Below are positions 62,929 through 64,000 of a stretch of 64,000 nucleotides of DNA, in pieces. Origin of the DNA: a virus (taxonomy: Duplodnaviria; Heunggongvirae; Uroviricota; Caudoviricetes); IMG/VR virus record IMGVR_UViG_3300047480_000504, one strand, 5' to 3'. The position numbers and the translations under genes are program-made. Below the pieces are notes generated by a model, which saw only the letters and a program-made list of their open reading frames with translations, did not search any database and was not told the DNA's origin. Position 1 is the first letter of the stretch, and each line of letters begins with the position of its first letter.

Positions 62929-64000
62929 ATGTTTATTGACGCACTACATGACAAAAAGAAAGAAATCATCCACGTTGTAGAACGTGTAGATGGTAAGAGG
63001 GTACTCAAACAGTATCCTGCCAAGTACATATTTTACTACCCAGACAGCAAGGGCAAGTTTACTAACATTGCCGGCGATCGTGTTAGCAGAGTTATCCTTG
63101 GCAATGCCGCGGCATTTGATAAAGAACGCAGAATCTATAGCAACAGAAAACTATGCGAAAGCGATTACAAGCCGCTTAACCGTTGCTTAGAAGAAGTGTA
63201 TGGCGGCCAGGATGCGCCTAACCTTCACGTTGCCTTTTTCGACATTGAGGTATCTTACGACAAGGTAAAGGGCTTTGCTCCACCTGAAGATCCATTCAAC
63301 TACATTACAGCCATCACTACATACTTGACATGGATGGATGTTAATATTACTCTATGTCTAAAGCCCGACAGCATGAGTATTGAAGTTGCTAAAGAAATTT
63401 GTGCCAAGTTTGACAACACCATCTTATGCAACAGCGAAAAGGAAATGCTCGACATGTGGCTCGAGCTAATTGAAGACGCTGACGTACTAAGTGGTTGGAA
63501 CTCAGAAGGCTTCGATATTCCGTACACTACTAACCGCATTACTCGTGTGTTAGGCAAAGACCAAACTCGACGCATTTGCTTGTGGGATCAATATCCCAAA
63601 CGCCGCGAGTATGAAAAGTATGGCAAGACATTAGAAACATATGACCCTATCGGGCGTGTTCACCTTGACTATCTTGAATTGTATCGCAAGTACAACTATC
63701 ACGAACTGCCAAGCTATCGACTGGACTACGTAGGTGAAATTGAACTTGGAGAGAACAAGATCCACTACGAAGGTACGTTGGATCAACTATACAATAACGA
63801 CTTTGAAAAGTTTATTGCTTACAACAGACAAGACGTTGTATTGCTTAAGAAACTAGACGACAAGTTAAAGTTTATTGAACTTACCAATCTGATTAGTCAT
63901 GCAAACACTGTCACGCTTCGTGGCACGTTAGGTGCAGTTGCCGTGACTGATCAAGCCGTTATCAACGAAGCCCACCGCCTTAACATGGTGGTACCAGATC
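62929..64000 (+). CDS. 43: T4 gp43-type family-B DNA polymerase (N-terminal exonuclease part, 3' truncated at window end)
   Basis: The frame is open from the ATG at 62929 to the window end. LHVAFFDIEVSYDK (Exo I DxE), GWNSEGFDIPYTTNRITRVLG (Exo II) and YNRQDVVLLKKLD (Exo II Y...D) are colinear with the T4 gp43 N-terminus. It is absent from the ORF track because no stop lies within the window. Confidence 0.75.
   Translation, partial: MFIDALHDKKKEIIHVVERVDGKRVLKQYPAKYIFYYPDSKGKFTNIAGDRVSRVILGNAAAFDKERRIYSNRKLCESDYKPLNRCLEEVYGGQDAPNLHVAFFDIEVSYDKVKGFAPPEDPFNYITAITTYLTWMDVNITLCLKPDSMSIEVAKEICAKFDNTILCNSEKEMLDMWLELIEDADVLSGWNSEGFDIPYTTNRITRVLGKDQTRRICLWDQYPKRREYEKYGKTLETYDPIGRVHLDYLELYRKYNYHELPSYRLDYVGEIELGENKIHYEGTLDQLYNNDFEKFIAYNRQDVVLLKKLDDKLKFIELTNLISHANTVTLRGTLGAVAVTDQAVINEAHRLNMVVPD

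Noticed and set aside
1-64000. A eukaryotic giant-virus origin (chlorovirus- or mimivirus-like), raised by the GH19, UvdE, collagen repeats, GIY-YIG and basic KKPRAKK tail.
   Set aside because: Consensus sigma70 promoters with 17-nt spacers, SD sequences, lipoboxes, a prepilin signal and ATGA translational coupling are all present. A T4 gp43-type polymerase N-terminus points to a bacteriophage.

Overview
This window reads as a 64 kb accessory region of a large T4-like (Tevenvirinae-like) myophage infecting a Gram-negative host.

- **Layout and phage identity:** Genes are densely packed and almost all on the + strand, with many ATGA / TAATG stop-start overlaps. The window opens inside a tail-fibre gene cluster (Phage_fiber_2-type EGSNLY[FW]T repeats). 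It ends in the 5' part of a T4 gp43-type family-B DNA polymerase (FFDIEV Exo I motif, WNSEGFDIPY Exo II motif), which runs off the window.
- **Transcription signals:** At least eight near-consensus sigma70 promoters (TTGACA-17-TATAAT/TATACT) and Shine-Dalgarno sites indicate a bacterial host. GC is roughly 40-43%.
- **Recognisable accessory genes between the fibres and the polymerase:**
  - an S8 subtilase, a nitroreductase and a hotdog thioesterase;
  - a UvdE UV-damage endonuclease and a GNAT acetyltransferase;
  - two GIY-YIG nucleases;
  - a TauD-like dioxygenase and a LuxR/CsgD-like regulator;
  - collagen-like fibrous proteins and a papain-like C1 peptidase;
  - an SPFH lipoprotein and a type IV pilin-like protein;
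  - two GH19 lysozyme-like domains;
  - a CHASE2-class III adenylate cyclase and a gamma-glutamylcyclotransferase.
- **Five features stand out:**
  1. a complete-looking curli-type amyloid secretion and fibre module (CsgF-like, CsgG-like and two curlin-repeat proteins plus accessory secreted proteins);
  2. a tandem, translationally coupled array of about 18 paralogous small genes ending in ...EDAxxFxLxWS-stop;
  3. a set of otherwise unrelated proteins sharing an N-terminal M-K-[LI]-R-[ED]-[LV] leader that fits the T4 prohead-protease [LI]xE cleavage consensus;
  4. a glycan / nucleotide-sugar-like biosynthetic island (radical SAM enzyme, nucleotide-sugar dehydrogenase fusion, three paralogous glycosyltransferase-like domains, a methyltransferase and a cytidylyltransferase-cupin);
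  5. a 640-bp non-coding gap at 35949..36591.
- **Not found:** I saw no CRISPR array, tRNA or rRNA.
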